Shown here piece by piece: positions 27,601-39,269 of a stretch of 64,000 nt of DNA; the stretch's first letter is position 1; the number at the start of each line of letters is the position of its first letter. Made by a program: the position numbers and the translations under genes. The DNA is taken from the NCBI RefSeq assembly GCF_054482525.1, contig NZ_CM137006.1; one strand, written 5' to 3'. The notes beneath the pieces were generated by a model. The model worked only from the letters and a program-made list of their open reading frames with translations. It was not told the DNA's origin and did not search any database.

Positions 27601-28093
27601 GAACTCCGGGACGCTCAACAACGTCACGATTAACGAGAACTGTCGGGTTCTGGGAAAACTGTCCGCGAACCAGATTGAAGGCGATCTCGTTAAAACAGTG
27701 GGCAAAGCTTTCCCCCGGGACTCCCGTGCACCGGAACGGTGGCCATCAGGGACCATTACCGTCAGGGTTTATGACGATCAGCCGTTTGACCGGCAGATTG
27801 TTATTCCGGCGGTGGCATTCAGCGGCGCTAAACATGAGAGAGAGCATACTGATATTTACTCCTCATGCCGTCTGATAGTGCGGAAAAACGGTGCTGAAAT
27901 TTATAACCGTACCGCGCTGGATAATACGCTGATTTACAGTGGCGTTATTGATATGCCTGCCGGTCACGGTCACATGACGCTGGAGTTTTCGGTGTCAGCA
28001 TGGCTGGTAAATGACTGGTATCCCACTGCGAGCATCAGCGATTTGCTGGTTGTGGTGATGAAGAAAGCCACTGCAGGCATCACTATTAGCTGA
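24698..28093 (+). CDS. J: host-specificity / tip attachment protein J
   Basis: 1131 aa, lambda gpJ-like throughout. Confidence 0.9.
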   Translation: MGKGSSKGHTPREAKDNLKSTQLLSVIDAISEGPIDGPVDGLKSVLLNSTPVLDTEGNTNISGVTVVFRAGEQEQTPPEGFESSGSETVLGTEVKYDTPITRTITSANIDRLRFTFGVQTLVETTSKGDRNPSEVRLLVQIQRNGGWVTEKDITIKGKTTSQYLASVVVGNLPPRPFNIRMRRMTPDSTTDQLQNKTLWSSYTEIIDVKQCYPNTALVGVQVDSEQFGSQQVSRNYHLRGRILQVPSNYNPQTRQYSGIWDGTFKPAYSNNMAWCLWDMLTHPRYGMGKRLGAADVDKWALYVIGQNCDQSVPDGFGGTEPRITCNAWLTTQRKAWDVLSDFCSAMRCMPVWNGQTLTFVQDRPSDKVWTYNRSNVVMPDDGAPFRYSFSALKDRHNAVEVNWIDPNNGWETATELVEDTQAIARYGRNVTKMDAFGCTSRGQAHRAGLWLIKTELLETQTVDFSVGAEGLRHVPGDVIEICDDDYAGISTGGRVLAVNSQTRTLTLDREITLPSSGTTLISLVDGSGNPVSVEVQSVTDGVKVKVSRVPDGVAEYSVWGLKLPTLRQRLFRCVSIRENDDGTYAITAVQHVPEKEAIVDNGAHFDGDQSGTVNGVTPPAVQHLTAEVTADSGEYQVLARWDTPKVVKGVSFLLRLTVAADDGSERLVSMARTTETTYRFRQLALGRYTLTVRAVNAWGQQGDPASVSFRIAAPAAPVTIELIPGYFQITAVPKLAVYDPTVQFEFWFSETRITDIRQVETTARYLGTGLYWIAASINIKPGHDYYFYIRSVNTVGKSAFVESVGRASDDAEGYLDFFKGKITESHLGKELLEKVDLTEDNASRLDEFSKEWKDANDKWNAMWAVKIEQTKDGKHYVAGIGLSMEDTEEGKLSQFLVAANRIAFIDPANGNETPMFVAQGNQIFMNDVFLKRLTAPTITSGGNPPAFSLTPDGRLTAKNADISGNVNANSGTLNNVTINENCRVLGKLSANQIEGDLVKTVGKAFPRDSRAPERWPSGTITVRVYDDQPFDRQIVIPAVAFSGAKHEREHTDIYSSCRLIVRKNGAEIYNRTALDNTLIYSGVIDMPAGHGHMTLEFSVSAWLVNDWYPTASISDLLVVVMKKATAGITIS

Positions 28094-28112
28094 ATTTTAT
28101 AACCCAGATACG

Positions 28113-28137
28113 GGCGCCAGAAATGGCGCCTTTTTTA
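28113..28137 (+). terminator. intrinsic terminator after J (GGCGCCA-GAAA-TGGCGCC + T6)
   Basis: Read directly. Confidence 0.8.
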
Positions 28138-28160
28138 TTGCAGAAAAGCGAGAGGTAATT

Positions 28161-28760
28161 ATGCGTAAATTATGTGCTGTTATTCTGTCCGCAGTAGTCT
28201 GGCTGGTTGCCGCTGGTACGCCAGCGAGCGCAGCAGAGCATCAGTCCACACTAAGCGCCGGGTATCTTCAGACCCATACTGATATGCCAGGCAGCGATGA
28301 CCTGAAGGGCATTAATGTGAAATACCGTTATGAATTTACGGACACGCTGGGGCTGGTGACGTCATTCAGTTATGCCAATGCCAAAGATGAGCAAAAAACG
28401 CATTACAGCGATACCCGCTGGCATGAAGATTCAGTGCGTAACCGCTGGTTCAGCATGATGGCGGGGCCATCTGTACGCGTGAATGAATGGTTCAGTGCTT
28501 ATGCGATGGCAGGTGTGGCTTACAGCCGTGTTTCGACTTTTTCCGGGGATTATCTCCGCGTAACTGACAGCAAGGGGAAAACGAACGATGTGCTGACCGG
28601 AAGTGATGATGATCGCCACAGCAACACGTCTCTGGCGTGGGGAACTGGCGTGCAGTTTAACCCGACCGAATCCGTGGCCGTTGATATTGCTTATGAAGGT
28701 TCCGGCAGTGGCGACTGGCGCACTGACGGTTTCATCGTGGGTGTCGGTTATAAATTCTGA
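28161..28760 (+). CDS. lom: Lom outer-membrane protein (Ail/Lom family)
   Basis: Has a signal peptide and a beta-barrel sequence ending GFIVGVGYKF. Confidence 0.85.
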   Translation: MRKLCAVILSAVVWLVAAGTPASAAEHQSTLSAGYLQTHTDMPGSDDLKGINVKYRYEFTDTLGLVTSFSYANAKDEQKTHYSDTRWHEDSVRNRWFSMMAGPSVRVNEWFSAYAMAGVAYSRVSTFSGDYLRVTDSKGKTNDVLTGSDDDRHSNTSLAWGTGVQFNPTESVAVDIAYEGSGSGDWRTDGFIVGVGYKF

Positions 28761-28786
28761 TTAGCCAGGTAACACAGTGTTATGAC

Positions 28787-28814
28787 AGCCCGCCGGTTCA
28801 GGCGGGCTTTTTTG
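28787..28814 (+). terminator. intrinsic terminator after lom (AGCCCGCC-GGTTCA-GGCGGGCT + T6)
   Basis: Read directly. Confidence 0.8.
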
Positions 28815-28824
28815 TGGAGTGGAT

Positions 28825-31224
28825 ATGGCAGCAGTAAAAATCTCAGGTGTGCTGAAAGATGGTGCGGGAAAACCAATACAGAACTGCACTATTCAACTGA
28901 AGGCAAAGCGTAACAGCACCACGGTACTGGTGAACACGGTGGCCTCTGAAAATCCGGATGAAGCCGGGCGTTACAGCATGGATGTTGAGTATGGCCAGTA
29001 CAGCGTCATCCTGCTGGTTGAAGGTTTTCCGCCTTCACATGCCGGGACCATTACCGTCTATGAAGGCTCCAGACCAGGTACGCTGAATGATTTTCTCGGT
29101 GCCATGACGGAAGATGATGTCATGCCGGAGGCATTGCGTCGTTTTGAGGAAATGGTGGAAGAAGCGGCACGCAACGCTGAAGCCGCCTCTCAGAGCGCAG
29201 CGGCGGCAAAGAAATCAGAAACTGCAGCGGCATCATCGAAGAACGCGGCGAAAACCTCAGAAACGAATGCAGCTAACAGCGCACAGGCGGCAGCGGCCTC
29301 ACAGACTGCATCAGCAAACTCCGCGACAGCAGCCAAAAAATCAGAAACCAACGCGAAAAATAGCGAGACAGCCGCAAAGACGAGCGAAACCAACGCAAAG
29401 TCCAGCCAGACGGCAGCGAAAACCAGCGAAACGAATGCCAAAGCCAGTGAAACTGCGGCAAAAAACAGCCAGGTTGCAGCAGCCCAAAGCGAGAGCGCGG
29501 CAGCCGGTTCTGCGACTTCAGCAGCTGGATCAGCAACTGCTGCGGCTAACAGCCAGAAAGCTGCGAAGACGAGTGAAACTAACGCAAAGTCCAGCCAGAC
29601 GGCAGCGAAGACCAGCGAAACGAATGCCAAAGCCAGCGAAACTGCGGCGAAAAACAGTCAGGATGCAGCAGCCCAAAGCGAGAGTGCTGCAGCTGGTTCT
29701 GCAAGCGCGGCGGCTGCTTCTGCCACTGCATCAGCCAACAGTCAAAAAGCAGCAAAAACCAGTGAAACCAATGCAAAGACAAGCGAGACTGCAGCGGCGA
29801 ACTCGGCGAAAGCATCGGCAGCAAGCCAGACAGCAGCTAAAGCAAGTGAAGACGCAGCCAGAGAGTATGCAAGTCAGGCAGCAGAGCCGTATAAATATGT
29901 CTTACAGCCACTGCCTGATGTGTGGATACCGTTTAACGATTCACTGGATATGATTACGGGCTTTTCGCCGTCATATAAAAAAATTGTTATTGGTGATGAT
30001 GAAATAACGATGCCTGGCGACAAGGTTGTTAAGTTTAAACGCGCATCAACTGCCACATATATCAATAAATCAGGCGTATTTAGTGTTGCTAAAATTGATG
30101 AGCCACGATTTGAAAAAGAAGGTTTATTGATTGAAGGACAGCGCACTAACTATTTTGTTAAATCCAATACTCCCGCTGAATGGACGAGTACCAGCAATAT
30201 CGATAAAACTAATAATGGTGTTGATGAATTTGGTTTTTCATATGCCAAAATGCGAACAAAAGATAATATGACAGGACAATCATCTGCACTTAGTCTGCAT
30301 ACATGCAGTGCATCCCGGGGGATTGATGTTAGTGGCGATAATAAGTATTGCACTGTTTCATGCAGGGTTAAAGCTCCTGATGGTCTTCGTTGTCGTTTGC
30401 GTTTTGAAAAATACGATGGGTCGGTTTATACATTTTTAGGAGATGCTTATTTAACTTTCGGAACTCTGATAATAGAAAAAACTGGCGGAGCAGCCAATAG
30501 AATAGCAGCTACTGCAACTAAAGATCCGGTTACAGGGTGGATTTTCTATGAGGCAACTATAGAAGCTGTTGAAGGTGAAACCTTAATTGGCGCAATGATT
30601 CAGTATGCGCCGAAAAAAGGTGGTATAACTGAAGCGGGAGATTATATTTACCTTGCAACACCACAATTTGAAAACGGCGGATGTGCTTCATCTTTTGTTA
30701 TTACGACAACTGCACCCGCAACCCGCTCCAGTGATATGGTGACGATCCCAACTGAAAATAATATCTATAATAGACCGCTTACGTGTCTTGTCGAGGTTAA
30801 TAGAAATTGGGGCGATATTCCTCCTAATGTAGCACCGCGTATTTTTGATTTTTCTGGTGTGCCACCTATTGAGTCAATTACATACGCTTTTAACACAACT
30901 GAGAAATATTACGGTCAGCTTTATATGCAGACTTATAAAGCGTCGACAAGTACTTACGTTTCTAGTGTGTTTGCTGGTCGAACTGATGTTCGAAAATTCA
31001 TTGGTGGTTTTAATATTTATTCTGATGGTACTAAACGAGTAGTTTCTAACGGTGAGGCTACTAAAACTATGAAAACGGAGTGGACGGGCGTAAAAACACG
31101 GACCTTTATTCGAATTGGAGGTCAAGCCACATCGGGAACTCGTCATCTATTCGGCCATTTGAGAAATCTTCGTCTCTGGCATAAAGAATTAACTGATGCG
31201 CAAATGGGGGAGAGTATTAAATGA
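28825..31224 (+). CDS. stf: side tail fibre (Stf-like N-terminus, Ala/Ser/Thr/Glu repeat shaft, divergent C-terminal LamG-like receptor domain)
   Basis: The first ~100 aa match lambda Stf (MAAVKISGVLKDGAGKPIQNCTIQLKA...). The ATG at 28825 follows GGAG. The C-terminus ends ...RHLFGHLRNLRLWHKELTDAQM. Confidence 0.85.
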   Translation: MAAVKISGVLKDGAGKPIQNCTIQLKAKRNSTTVLVNTVASENPDEAGRYSMDVEYGQYSVILLVEGFPPSHAGTITVYEGSRPGTLNDFLGAMTEDDVMPEALRRFEEMVEEAARNAEAASQSAAAAKKSETAAASSKNAAKTSETNAANSAQAAAASQTASANSATAAKKSETNAKNSETAAKTSETNAKSSQTAAKTSETNAKASETAAKNSQVAAAQSESAAAGSATSAAGSATAAANSQKAAKTSETNAKSSQTAAKTSETNAKASETAAKNSQDAAAQSESAAAGSASAAAASATASANSQKAAKTSETNAKTSETAAANSAKASAASQTAAKASEDAAREYASQAAEPYKYVLQPLPDVWIPFNDSLDMITGFSPSYKKIVIGDDEITMPGDKVVKFKRASTATYINKSGVFSVAKIDEPRFEKEGLLIEGQRTNYFVKSNTPAEWTSTSNIDKTNNGVDEFGFSYAKMRTKDNMTGQSSALSLHTCSASRGIDVSGDNKYCTVSCRVKAPDGLRCRLRFEKYDGSVYTFLGDAYLTFGTLIIEKTGGAANRIAATATKDPVTGWIFYEATIEAVEGETLIGAMIQYAPKKGGITEAGDYIYLATPQFENGGCASSFVITTTAPATRSSDMVTIPTENNIYNRPLTCLVEVNRNWGDIPPNVAPRIFDFSGVPPIESITYAFNTTEKYYGQLYMQTYKASTSTYVSSVFAGRTDVRKFIGGFNIYSDGTKRVVSNGEATKTMKTEWTGVKTRTFIRIGGQATSGTRHLFGHLRNLRLWHKELTDAQMGESIK
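29374..29751 (+). repeat. tandem duplication, 2 x 189 bp (63 codons), inside the fibre shaft; shorter degenerate copies flank it
   Basis: Copy 1 starts at 29374 (GCAAAGACGAGCGAAACCAACGCAAAGTCCAGCC). Copy 2 starts at 29563 (GCGAAGACGAGTGAAACTAACGCAAAGTCCAGCC). The differences are mostly synonymous. Confidence 0.8.
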
Positions 31225-31502
31225 AAGATTTAACACTCAAATTTGCAGACAGGGCCGACTTTTCGGCCTTTATGGAGAGCATTGGCTATTATGATGACGA
31301 GTCGATGCAGGATGATATTCTTATTGACGTGATAGGTAATGTGTACAAAGAAACCGGAGAACTTACTGAAGATGGCGAGCCGGTATGTGTTAAGGAGGAC
31401 GGATATTTTGTAAACGTGCGCATCATTAATGATTCGCAAATATCGTCATTATTCGATGAATACGCGGTTGCTGTTGAGCATCAACTTCGTGGCTGGATGT
31501 GA
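31221..31502 (+). CDS. hypothetical acidic 93-aa protein coupled to the fibre gene (possible fibre accessory)
   Basis: Start overlaps the stf stop (ATGA). No family was recognised. Confidence 0.55.
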   Translation: MKDLTLKFADRADFSAFMESIGYYDDESMQDDILIDVIGNVYKETGELTEDGEPVCVKEDGYFVNVRIINDSQISSLFDEYAVAVEHQLRGWM

Positions 31503-31511
31503 GGAAGGAAA

Positions 31512-32552
31512 ATGGCTACATCGACAGTAATTCCTGATGATATCAAAACGCTAAAATCCGACGTTAGCAAATTAAAAAACGATCAAGGGAGCTACGCAAC
31601 AAAATCATATGTAGACAATAAAACAACATGGAATAGTTATTGCAATGTAATCTATGATCAAAAGACATTGCCGACCACTGGAACTATATTTAGCGGTAAG
31701 ATTCACTTGTCAAATAAGACAGGAGAAACCGAAAACGCTTATAGTGAGATGTACACCAGAAAAAATATTGACGGTACAAAAGATACAATGACAAGGATTG
31801 TCACACACAATGGAACAAAAGGTATCTTTTGGGATTTTAGCGATCTTTACGGCGGAACATTAATTTTTCCAGGCAGTGATGGTTACCTTAAGATGGGGAA
31901 CTGTCTCATGTCGTATGGTGTGCGGGGAAGTAACGCGCTTATTAAGTTTGACTGCACAGACACATTACAAATCAAATATGCCAATCATGGGTCAACCATG
32001 ACATTAAACACACAGGGGACCGCTCATTCTGGCGCTACTACTAGTTTGTGGGGTAACTCTACCCGTCCGGTTGTATATGAAGTTGGTGCTGATGGTGGCG
32101 CGTATATGTTCTATGCGCAGAAAAATACCGATAACACCTATATGTTAAGCGTTAATGGTGCATGTCATGCCACCGCATTTAACCAGCATTCCGACCGGGA
32201 TCTGAAAGACAACATTCAGGTGATCGATAATGCAACCGACCGCATCCGTAAAATGAACGGCTATACATACACGCTTAAAGAAAACGGTATGCCCTATGCA
32301 GGTGTCATTGCACAGGAAGCTCTGGAAGCAATCCCAGAAGTTGTAGGTTCCGCAATGAAATATCAGGACGGTGCAAGCGGATCGGAAGGTGAAGAAGGTG
32401 AACGTTATTACACAGTAGATTATTCTGGTGTTACTGGCTTGCTTGTTCAGGTAGCCAGAGAGTCAGACGACAGAATAACAGTACTGGAAGAAGAAAACGC
32501 AGAATTAAGGCAAAGATTATCTGCAATTGAGGCGACGCTTGCGTCTAAATAA
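31512..32552 (+). CDS. second tail fibre/spike protein with a C-terminal peptidase-S74 intramolecular chaperone domain
   Basis: HSDRDLKDNIQVI...GYTYTLKENG...AGVIAQEALEAIPEVV followed by a coiled-coil tail is the S74 autoproteolytic chaperone signature. Confidence 0.75.
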   Translation: MATSTVIPDDIKTLKSDVSKLKNDQGSYATKSYVDNKTTWNSYCNVIYDQKTLPTTGTIFSGKIHLSNKTGETENAYSEMYTRKNIDGTKDTMTRIVTHNGTKGIFWDFSDLYGGTLIFPGSDGYLKMGNCLMSYGVRGSNALIKFDCTDTLQIKYANHGSTMTLNTQGTAHSGATTSLWGNSTRPVVYEVGADGGAYMFYAQKNTDNTYMLSVNGACHATAFNQHSDRDLKDNIQVIDNATDRIRKMNGYTYTLKENGMPYAGVIAQEALEAIPEVVGSAMKYQDGASGSEGEEGERYYTVDYSGVTGLLVQVARESDDRITVLEEENAELRQRLSAIEATLASK

Positions 32553-32563
32553 TATTAAGGGCT

Positions 32564-32881
32564 ATGCGCCCCGTTTTATTGGGTAGGATGAAAATGGATA
32601 TAACACCTTTTCTTCATGCGCTTTGTGCTGTGGCTGCGCAGGTACTGGTTGGTTTTTTTACCGGAAACTGGGCTTACGGGGCGATAGCCGGTTGTACATT
32701 CTTCATTGCGCGGGAACACACCCAGGCAGAATATCGCTGGATTGAAATGTTCGGGCATGGCAAGCGGATTAACATGCCGTGGTGGGGCGGTTTTGATCCA
32801 CGTGCATGGGATGTGGCAAGCCTGATGGATTTTGCTGTGCCGGTGGTGGCGTGTCTGCTGATCTGGATGTTGATCCGTTAA
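32564..32881 (+). CDS. small integral membrane protein, last prophage gene before attR (start uncertain: 32564, 32588 or 32594)
   Basis: Three hydrophobic segments. No family was recognised. Confidence 0.55.
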   Translation: MRPVLLGRMKMDITPFLHALCAVAAQVLVGFFTGNWAYGAIAGCTFFIAREHTQAEYRWIEMFGHGKRINMPWWGGFDPRAWDVASLMDFAVPVVACLLIWMLIR

Positions 32882-32896
32882 ATATAAAAAGTAAAA

Positions 32897-32932
32897 AGCC
32901 GCAGTAACTTGTCATGATAGGATACTGCGGCT
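32897..32932 (-). terminator. 10-bp hairpin (AGCCGCAGTA...TACTGCGGCT, 16-nt loop) whose T-run is on the minus strand
   Basis: The plus strand reads AAAAAGCCGCAGTA...; the minus strand reads ...TACTGCGGCTTTTTAC. As a terminator it would block transcription entering the prophage from the attR side. Confidence 0.5.
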
Positions 32933-33229
32933 GGCTGGTTAACTTTCGATAGTGCGAGTATTGAATGATTTCCAGCCGTTACCGATTTTATATAACTGCA
33001 GTGGAATTATTCAACACACAGGCAAAACGGAATAAGCTGAGAAAAAAGCGTGCTTACCCAATCTGGGGTAAATCACGTCTGAATGACACCTGAAAACAGG
33101 TGGTGGCCTCAAGAAGGCTTGGAATATTCTTCTTTAATGTTATGTAATTTATTGATTTTTCGTGTACGATTTTAAGACATTTATTCCAAGAAAAATTTTT
33201 AACTCTTTGATTTTTCGACTCTGTATCAT

Positions 33230-33291
33230 CGGTCTCGAAAACCGGAGTAGGGGCAACTCTACCGGGGGTTCAAATCCCCCTCTCTCCGCCA
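33230..33291 (+). pseudogene. serU: 3' 62 nt of tRNA-Ser(CGA) serU (anticodon stem to CCA) = attR core of the prophage
   Basis: CGGTCTCGAAAACCGGAGTAGGGGCAACTCTACCGGGGGTTCAAATCCCCCTCTCTCCGCCA matches the 3' part of serU. The 5' acceptor and D arms are replaced by unrelated AT-rich phage DNA. Confidence 0.85.
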
Positions 33292-33835
33292 CTTTATCAA
33301 TGACTTATCTCCCGACTTCCCGCCTTGCTTTTCCTAAACAGAACAATCGTAGAATATTCTTGAAGGGTTAGATCGTCACTGTTTTCTGTTCGATACTGTG
33401 ACATTCAGCACTTGATTCGCTATGGATCTGACAGGAAGGTCTCGAGCGAAAATCTGCAGTTATTCAGTCGTTTTCTTATCGGTCACCATTATTCTTTTAG
33501 ACATTGATCCTACGAAGCTGCCGCAAAGTTGGTGGTGGGAACTGAATTTGCGTAGAGAAGGGGTCAATAATTGAGCCAAAAAAGGAACGCGGCCGTCAGA
33601 TTAAAGCCGCGGGACAAAGTCCATAATTTCCAAGAGTTGTTGAATTTCCCAGCTTTTTTGAAAGCCTTTGTATCATACTAACAAGTAAAAAAGGTTTAAA
33701 TACCAAAATTAACCTATATTTCTGGTTAGCTTTACCATGACAGATGACTTGCTCCTGGAGACATTGGCGCAGCCAGTCTGTATTGGTGAGTTGTGTATTT
33801 ATTGTTCGCCGTTTTCTCAGTTTTTTTCTACAGAC

Positions 33836-33872
33836 ATAATAAAAAAGACACGTCTCAAGCATGAGCGTGTCT
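33836..33872 (-). terminator. zinT intrinsic terminator
   Basis: The minus strand reads AGACACG...CGTGTCT followed by TTTTTTATTAT. Confidence 0.7.
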
Positions 33873-33960
33873 GAGTTTGTCTTATTTATTTGTCTTGGTA
33901 AATTATTGTCGTTACTACCAGGCACTGTTCTGTTAAATAATTGAAGTCAGCGCAAAAAAA

Positions 33961-34611
33961 TCAATGAGACATCATTTCCTCGACCACTTCTTCGCTACTC
34001 AACTGATATGGATAATACGTTGGCCAGTTTTCCATTTCATTTAATAAAGATTGCTGTGAATCATTACCCATAAAAATGTGAAAATGAGATGATTTTCGTG
34101 GTGCAATTATATGATCGCTAAATTGTATATATTTAGGGGCTTTGCTTTTAGGATCTTTACATTCGAATAAGTAACGAACGCCTTTCTTGCCTGATTTATA
34201 GGTGAGTATTTTGTATCCATCGTAATCATATTTACAGGATGTTGTTTCATTATTTCTATGGAATTCAACAATGCCGTCCTCAATGCCAATCATCTCGATA
34301 TCTGTCACATAACCTTTGCGATAATAATCTTTAATTTCAGCAAATGTTTTAGTTTTATCTGCATCCGCTTTCTTCTGAAAGACGGGGTCAAGTTTGCCAC
34401 TTTGCAGTAAAGGATAAACGGATTGCCAGACTCCATCCCAGTCACTGAGCGTTCGGTTTTGTACATTGGCATCATCAAAAACACCATTAGCAGCTTTTTG
34501 TTCGACCTCTGTTAAGGGTTTGCCGTGTGAGTGATGACCATGCGAAAAGGCAGGAGCGCTAACAATAAAGACACCTAAAGCAACAGCCAGTTTATGAAGA
34601 CGAATCGCCAA
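33961..34611 (-). CDS. zinT: periplasmic zinc/cadmium-binding protein ZinT
   Basis: 216 aa with a His-rich N-terminus ([10 protein letters not shown]). Matches K-12 ZinT/YodA. Confidence 0.95.
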   Translation of the reverse strand: MAIRLHKLAVALGVFIVSAPAFSHGHHSHGKPLTEVEQKAANGVFDDANVQNRTLSDWDGVWQSVYPLLQSGKLDPVFQKKADADKTKTFAEIKDYYRKGYVTDIEMIGIEDGIVEFHRNNETTSCKYDYDGYKILTYKSGKKGVRYLFECKDPKSKAPKYIQFSDHIIAPRKSSHFHIFMGNDSQQSLLNEMENWPTYYPYQLSSEEVVEEMMSH

Positions 34612-34640
34612 AACAGTTTCCTCCAGAGTTAATGTATATG

Positions 34641-34666
34641 ATGTGTAATGTTATATTGTAACACAT
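34641..34666. promoter_or_regulatory. Zur-box-like imperfect palindrome in the zinT promoter
   Basis: ATGTGTAATGTTATATTGTAACACAT lies 30-55 bp upstream of the zinT ATG. zinT is a known Zur target. Confidence 0.6.
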
Positions 34667-34800
34667 AAAAAAATGCAACAACTCTTAGGAGACAAGAGAA
34701 TAGTTCTCTCAGGTGTGCTTATCTATCTTATTGAAATAAAATAAATTATGTCGATGATTTGAGGTTGATGACAAACGAAACATAACCTAATGCGATCTGT

Positions 34801-34819
34801 GTATGCCGGATAAGGCGCT
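34801..34819. repeat. left half of a REP/PU element split by the IS
   Basis: GTATGCCGGATAAGGCGCT. Confidence 0.8.
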
Positions 34820-35721
<902 letters not shown>

Positions 35722-36251
35722 TTTTTTTCCAGGAGATGCTCCTGCATGGCTTTCAGATATGCATTTTCTGCGCGAAGATAACGCAGCTCATTCTTCATCT
35801 CTTCCGGCGTCATGTTTGCCTCGTTTTCATGGGTATCATCAGAACGGGTCATGCTTTTCTCCTTCCTGCGCCTGATAAAGGCCTCATTACCAGATTTGCG
35901 GTAGCCTTTTATCCAGTTTTTAACCGTGTTGTGGCTGGGAATGTTAAACCGGGCAGCTACCCGGGGTAGAGACTCAGAATGCCCGAGAGCATAAAGAACC
36001 ACGCAAAGTTTATCTTCAGGAGAATAGCTACGCTTGTGTCTGCAATCCAGTGCCCGAGGACCGTGAAGAAGAAAAAGATTAATCCAGTGTGAGAGGCTGG
36101 TGTGAGAAAGTTGAAAGAGTTTTGCCGTAGAAATGATGCCTGCATGACCAGCCAGGTAATGATTTACAGCGGCAAGTTTTACTTCAAATGAATGTTTCAT
36201 AAACTGCACCTTCAGATGTCAGATTATGTCCAACATTTGGGGTGCAGTTCA

Positions 36252-36273
36252 GCTCGCGCCGCATCCGGCAGGG
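36252..36273. repeat. right half of the split REP/PU element
   Basis: GCTCGCGCCGCATCCGGCAGGG. Joined to the left half minus one GCT, it gives a canonical TGCCGGATAAGGCGCTCGCGCCGCATCCGGCA. Confidence 0.8.
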
Positions 36274-36302
36274 ATAACGCGTACTTTGTCGGCAATATGA
36301 AG

Positions 36303-36938
36303 TTATAGAGATAATTTGTTGTGAACCTGCTTGCGTAACCGGTTGAAAAGGGAAAGCAACTTCTTATACCGTAAGGCTAAAAGCAGTACCGCCAGCCCAG
36401 CGTAGATGAGTGGCTGCGGTGAAATAATCTTCACTGACCACAGATAATGTATTGGGGCCAGGATCACGACAAGATAGACGAAGTTATGCAACTGTTGCCA
36501 GTGTTTGCCGAGTTTTCGCTGCATCGCCTGGGTTGAAGTGAACGCTAAAGCAAGCAAAATAACCCAGCTGATAATTCCTAACGTTAAATAAGGCCGGGTA
36601 ATTAACTCCTTGCCTAATAACGCCAGATTATTCACGCCCAGCTCCAGTAATGCGTAACTGGTTAAATGCAGTGTCGCCCAGGCAAAGCACCATAAGCCTA
36701 ACAGGCGGCGAGTGCGTATCAATAACGGCTGTTTTGCGTAGCGTGCCAGAGGTGTGATTAACAAGGCCGCCAGCAAAAATTTCAGTGCAGTGCGACCAGT
36801 AAAATGCTGAATATCTTTCACCGGATCGGCACCCAATCCACCGTGATTAATCGCCCAGACCAGCCAGAGAAACGGCAACAATCCGGCAAGATGCAGGCAA
36901 ACTTTCAGCCATGTCACCTGTTTTGCTGTCAGACGCAT
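36303..36938 (-). CDS. msrQ: methionine sulfoxide reductase haem-binding subunit MsrQ (YedZ)
   Basis: 211-aa membrane protein. Matches K-12 and is syntenic with msrP. Confidence 0.9.
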   Translation of the reverse strand: MRLTAKQVTWLKVCLHLAGLLPFLWLVWAINHGGLGADPVKDIQHFTGRTALKFLLAALLITPLARYAKQPLLIRTRRLLGLWCFAWATLHLTSYALLELGVNNLALLGKELITRPYLTLGIISWVILLALAFTSTQAMQRKLGKHWQQLHNFVYLVVILAPIHYLWSVKIISPQPLIYAGLAVLLLALRYKKLLSLFNRLRKQVHNKLSL

Positions 36939-37949
<1,011 letters not shown>

Positions 37950-38051
37950 TCACACTTTTTTGTCTTTAGCCAGCAAGAGCCGTTTACTGTTAATCTGTCA
38001 GGGAGTGTCCTCCCTAACAGTAGCAGAGATCTGCTTTTACATATTTATGCA

Positions 38052-38465
38052 TTAACTGCCACGATAGGTTGAATACCCATATTGGCTAAGTAATAAAGGC
38101 ACATGATAATGCTCGTTCACTTTATTAATATGAAATTCAACGGGGATCTCAGGGAAGAGACTTTCAAGATTTTGTTTCTTGAAATAGTCCCCGGTTTTAA
38201 ATACGACACGGTAATCGCCCGTAGTTGCAGTTTGCTCGGGCCACAGTGCCTTAATTCGTCCATCCTTATCTGTTTTGGCGGTATTAAGTTGTAACCAGCC
38301 GTTATCCGCTTTCTTTTCAAGAGTGACTGTCACGTCGGCAGCGGGTTTTCCTGTTTGCTGGTTCAAAATATGCACGCTAAGAATGTTTTGTTGTGCAGCA
38401 TAGACCAAAGAAGGTAATGAAAATGCAGCCGTTACTACGGAGAGTACTAAATAACGCTTTAACAT
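38052..38465 (-). CDS. hiuH: 5-hydroxyisourate hydrolase, transthyretin-like (YedX)
   Basis: 137 aa ending YSTYRGS. Confidence 0.9.
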   Translation of the reverse strand: MLKRYLVLSVVTAAFSLPSLVYAAQQNILSVHILNQQTGKPAADVTVTLEKKADNGWLQLNTAKTDKDGRIKALWPEQTATTGDYRVVFKTGDYFKKQNLESLFPEIPVEFHINKVNEHYHVPLLLSQYGYSTYRGS

Positions 38466-38597
38466 GTTTATATCCTTGTCATGTGAATGAGTTTTGAGGA
38501 TAGCGAAAAAGCGTCCAGGGTAACCTTACAGAAGCATTACAATTTTGTAATGAACCAGGCTGTTTCTATAACATATGATTTATGGCATATTATTTTC

Positions 38598-39269
38598 ATG
38601 AAGATTCTACTTATTGAAGATAATCAAAGGACCCAGGAATGGGTAACGCAGGGGCTTTCAGAAGCGGGTTATGTCATTGATGCCGTTACTGATGGCAGAG
38701 ACGGGCTTTATCTTGCGCTGAAGGATGATTATGCATTGATCATTCTGGATATTATGCTTCCGGGTATGGATGGCTGGCAGATCTTACAAACGTTAAGAAC
38801 GGCAAAGCAAACTCCTGTTATTTGCCTTACTGCAAGAGATTCTGTCGATGACAGAGTCAGAGGGCTGGACAGTGGGGCAAATGATTATCTGGTAAAACCT
38901 TTTTCATTTTCTGAGTTGCTGGCAAGGGTTCGGGCACAATTAAGGCAACATTACGCTTTGAATTCAACATTAGAAATCAGCGGCTTAAGAATGGACTCTG
39001 TTAGTCAAAGTGTGAGCAGGGACAATATCAGTATTACACTGACGCGCAAGGAGTTTCAGTTACTTTGGCTACTGGCCTCCAGAGCTGGCGAAATTATACC
39101 CAGAACGGTTATTGCGAGTGAAATTTGGGGAATCAACTTTGATAGTGATACCAATACGGTGGATGTCGCCATTCGCAGGCTCCGCGCAAAAGTTGATGAT
39201 CCTTTTCCTGAAAAGCTAATCGCCACAATCCGGGGGATGGGCTATTCATTCGTAGCGGTAAAAAAATAA
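38598..39269 (+). CDS. hprR: OmpR-family response regulator HprR (YedW)
   Basis: MKILLIEDNQ... begins at the ATG at 38598, giving 223 aa. The longer track ORF starts in the intergenic region. Confidence 0.9.
   Translation: MKILLIEDNQRTQEWVTQGLSEAGYVIDAVTDGRDGLYLALKDDYALIILDIMLPGMDGWQILQTLRTAKQTPVICLTARDSVDDRVRGLDSGANDYLVKPFSFSELLARVRAQLRQHYALNSTLEISGLRMDSVSQSVSRDNISITLTRKEFQLLWLLASRAGEIIPRTVIASEIWGINFDSDTNTVDVAIRRLRAKVDDPFPEKLIATIRGMGYSFVAVKK

Noticed and set aside
29374-29751. Possibility that the fibre repeats are a DGR template/variable repeat pair or an invertible (shufflon-type) segment
   Set aside because: No reverse transcriptase or invertase gene is present in the window. The repeats are direct and in-frame, and their differences are not adenine-specific.
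29114-29953. 279-aa Arg/Lys/Gln-rich ORF in an alternative frame of the fibre repeat region, plus minus-strand ORFs at 29190-29824
   Set aside because: These are by-products of the periodic GCN/AAR repeat DNA. The Stf frame is supported by N-terminal homology to lambda Stf and by continuity over 800 codons.
33162-33371. 69-aa plus-strand ORF spanning the tRNA-Ser fragment
   Set aside because: It reads straight through the tRNA remnant and the att junction, so it is a chance ORF.
33596-33925. 109-aa minus-strand ORF in the serU-zinT interval
   Set aside because: Its 5' part contains the zinT terminator hairpin. It is AT-rich with no ribosome-binding site, and it bears no resemblance to the YodB expected here.
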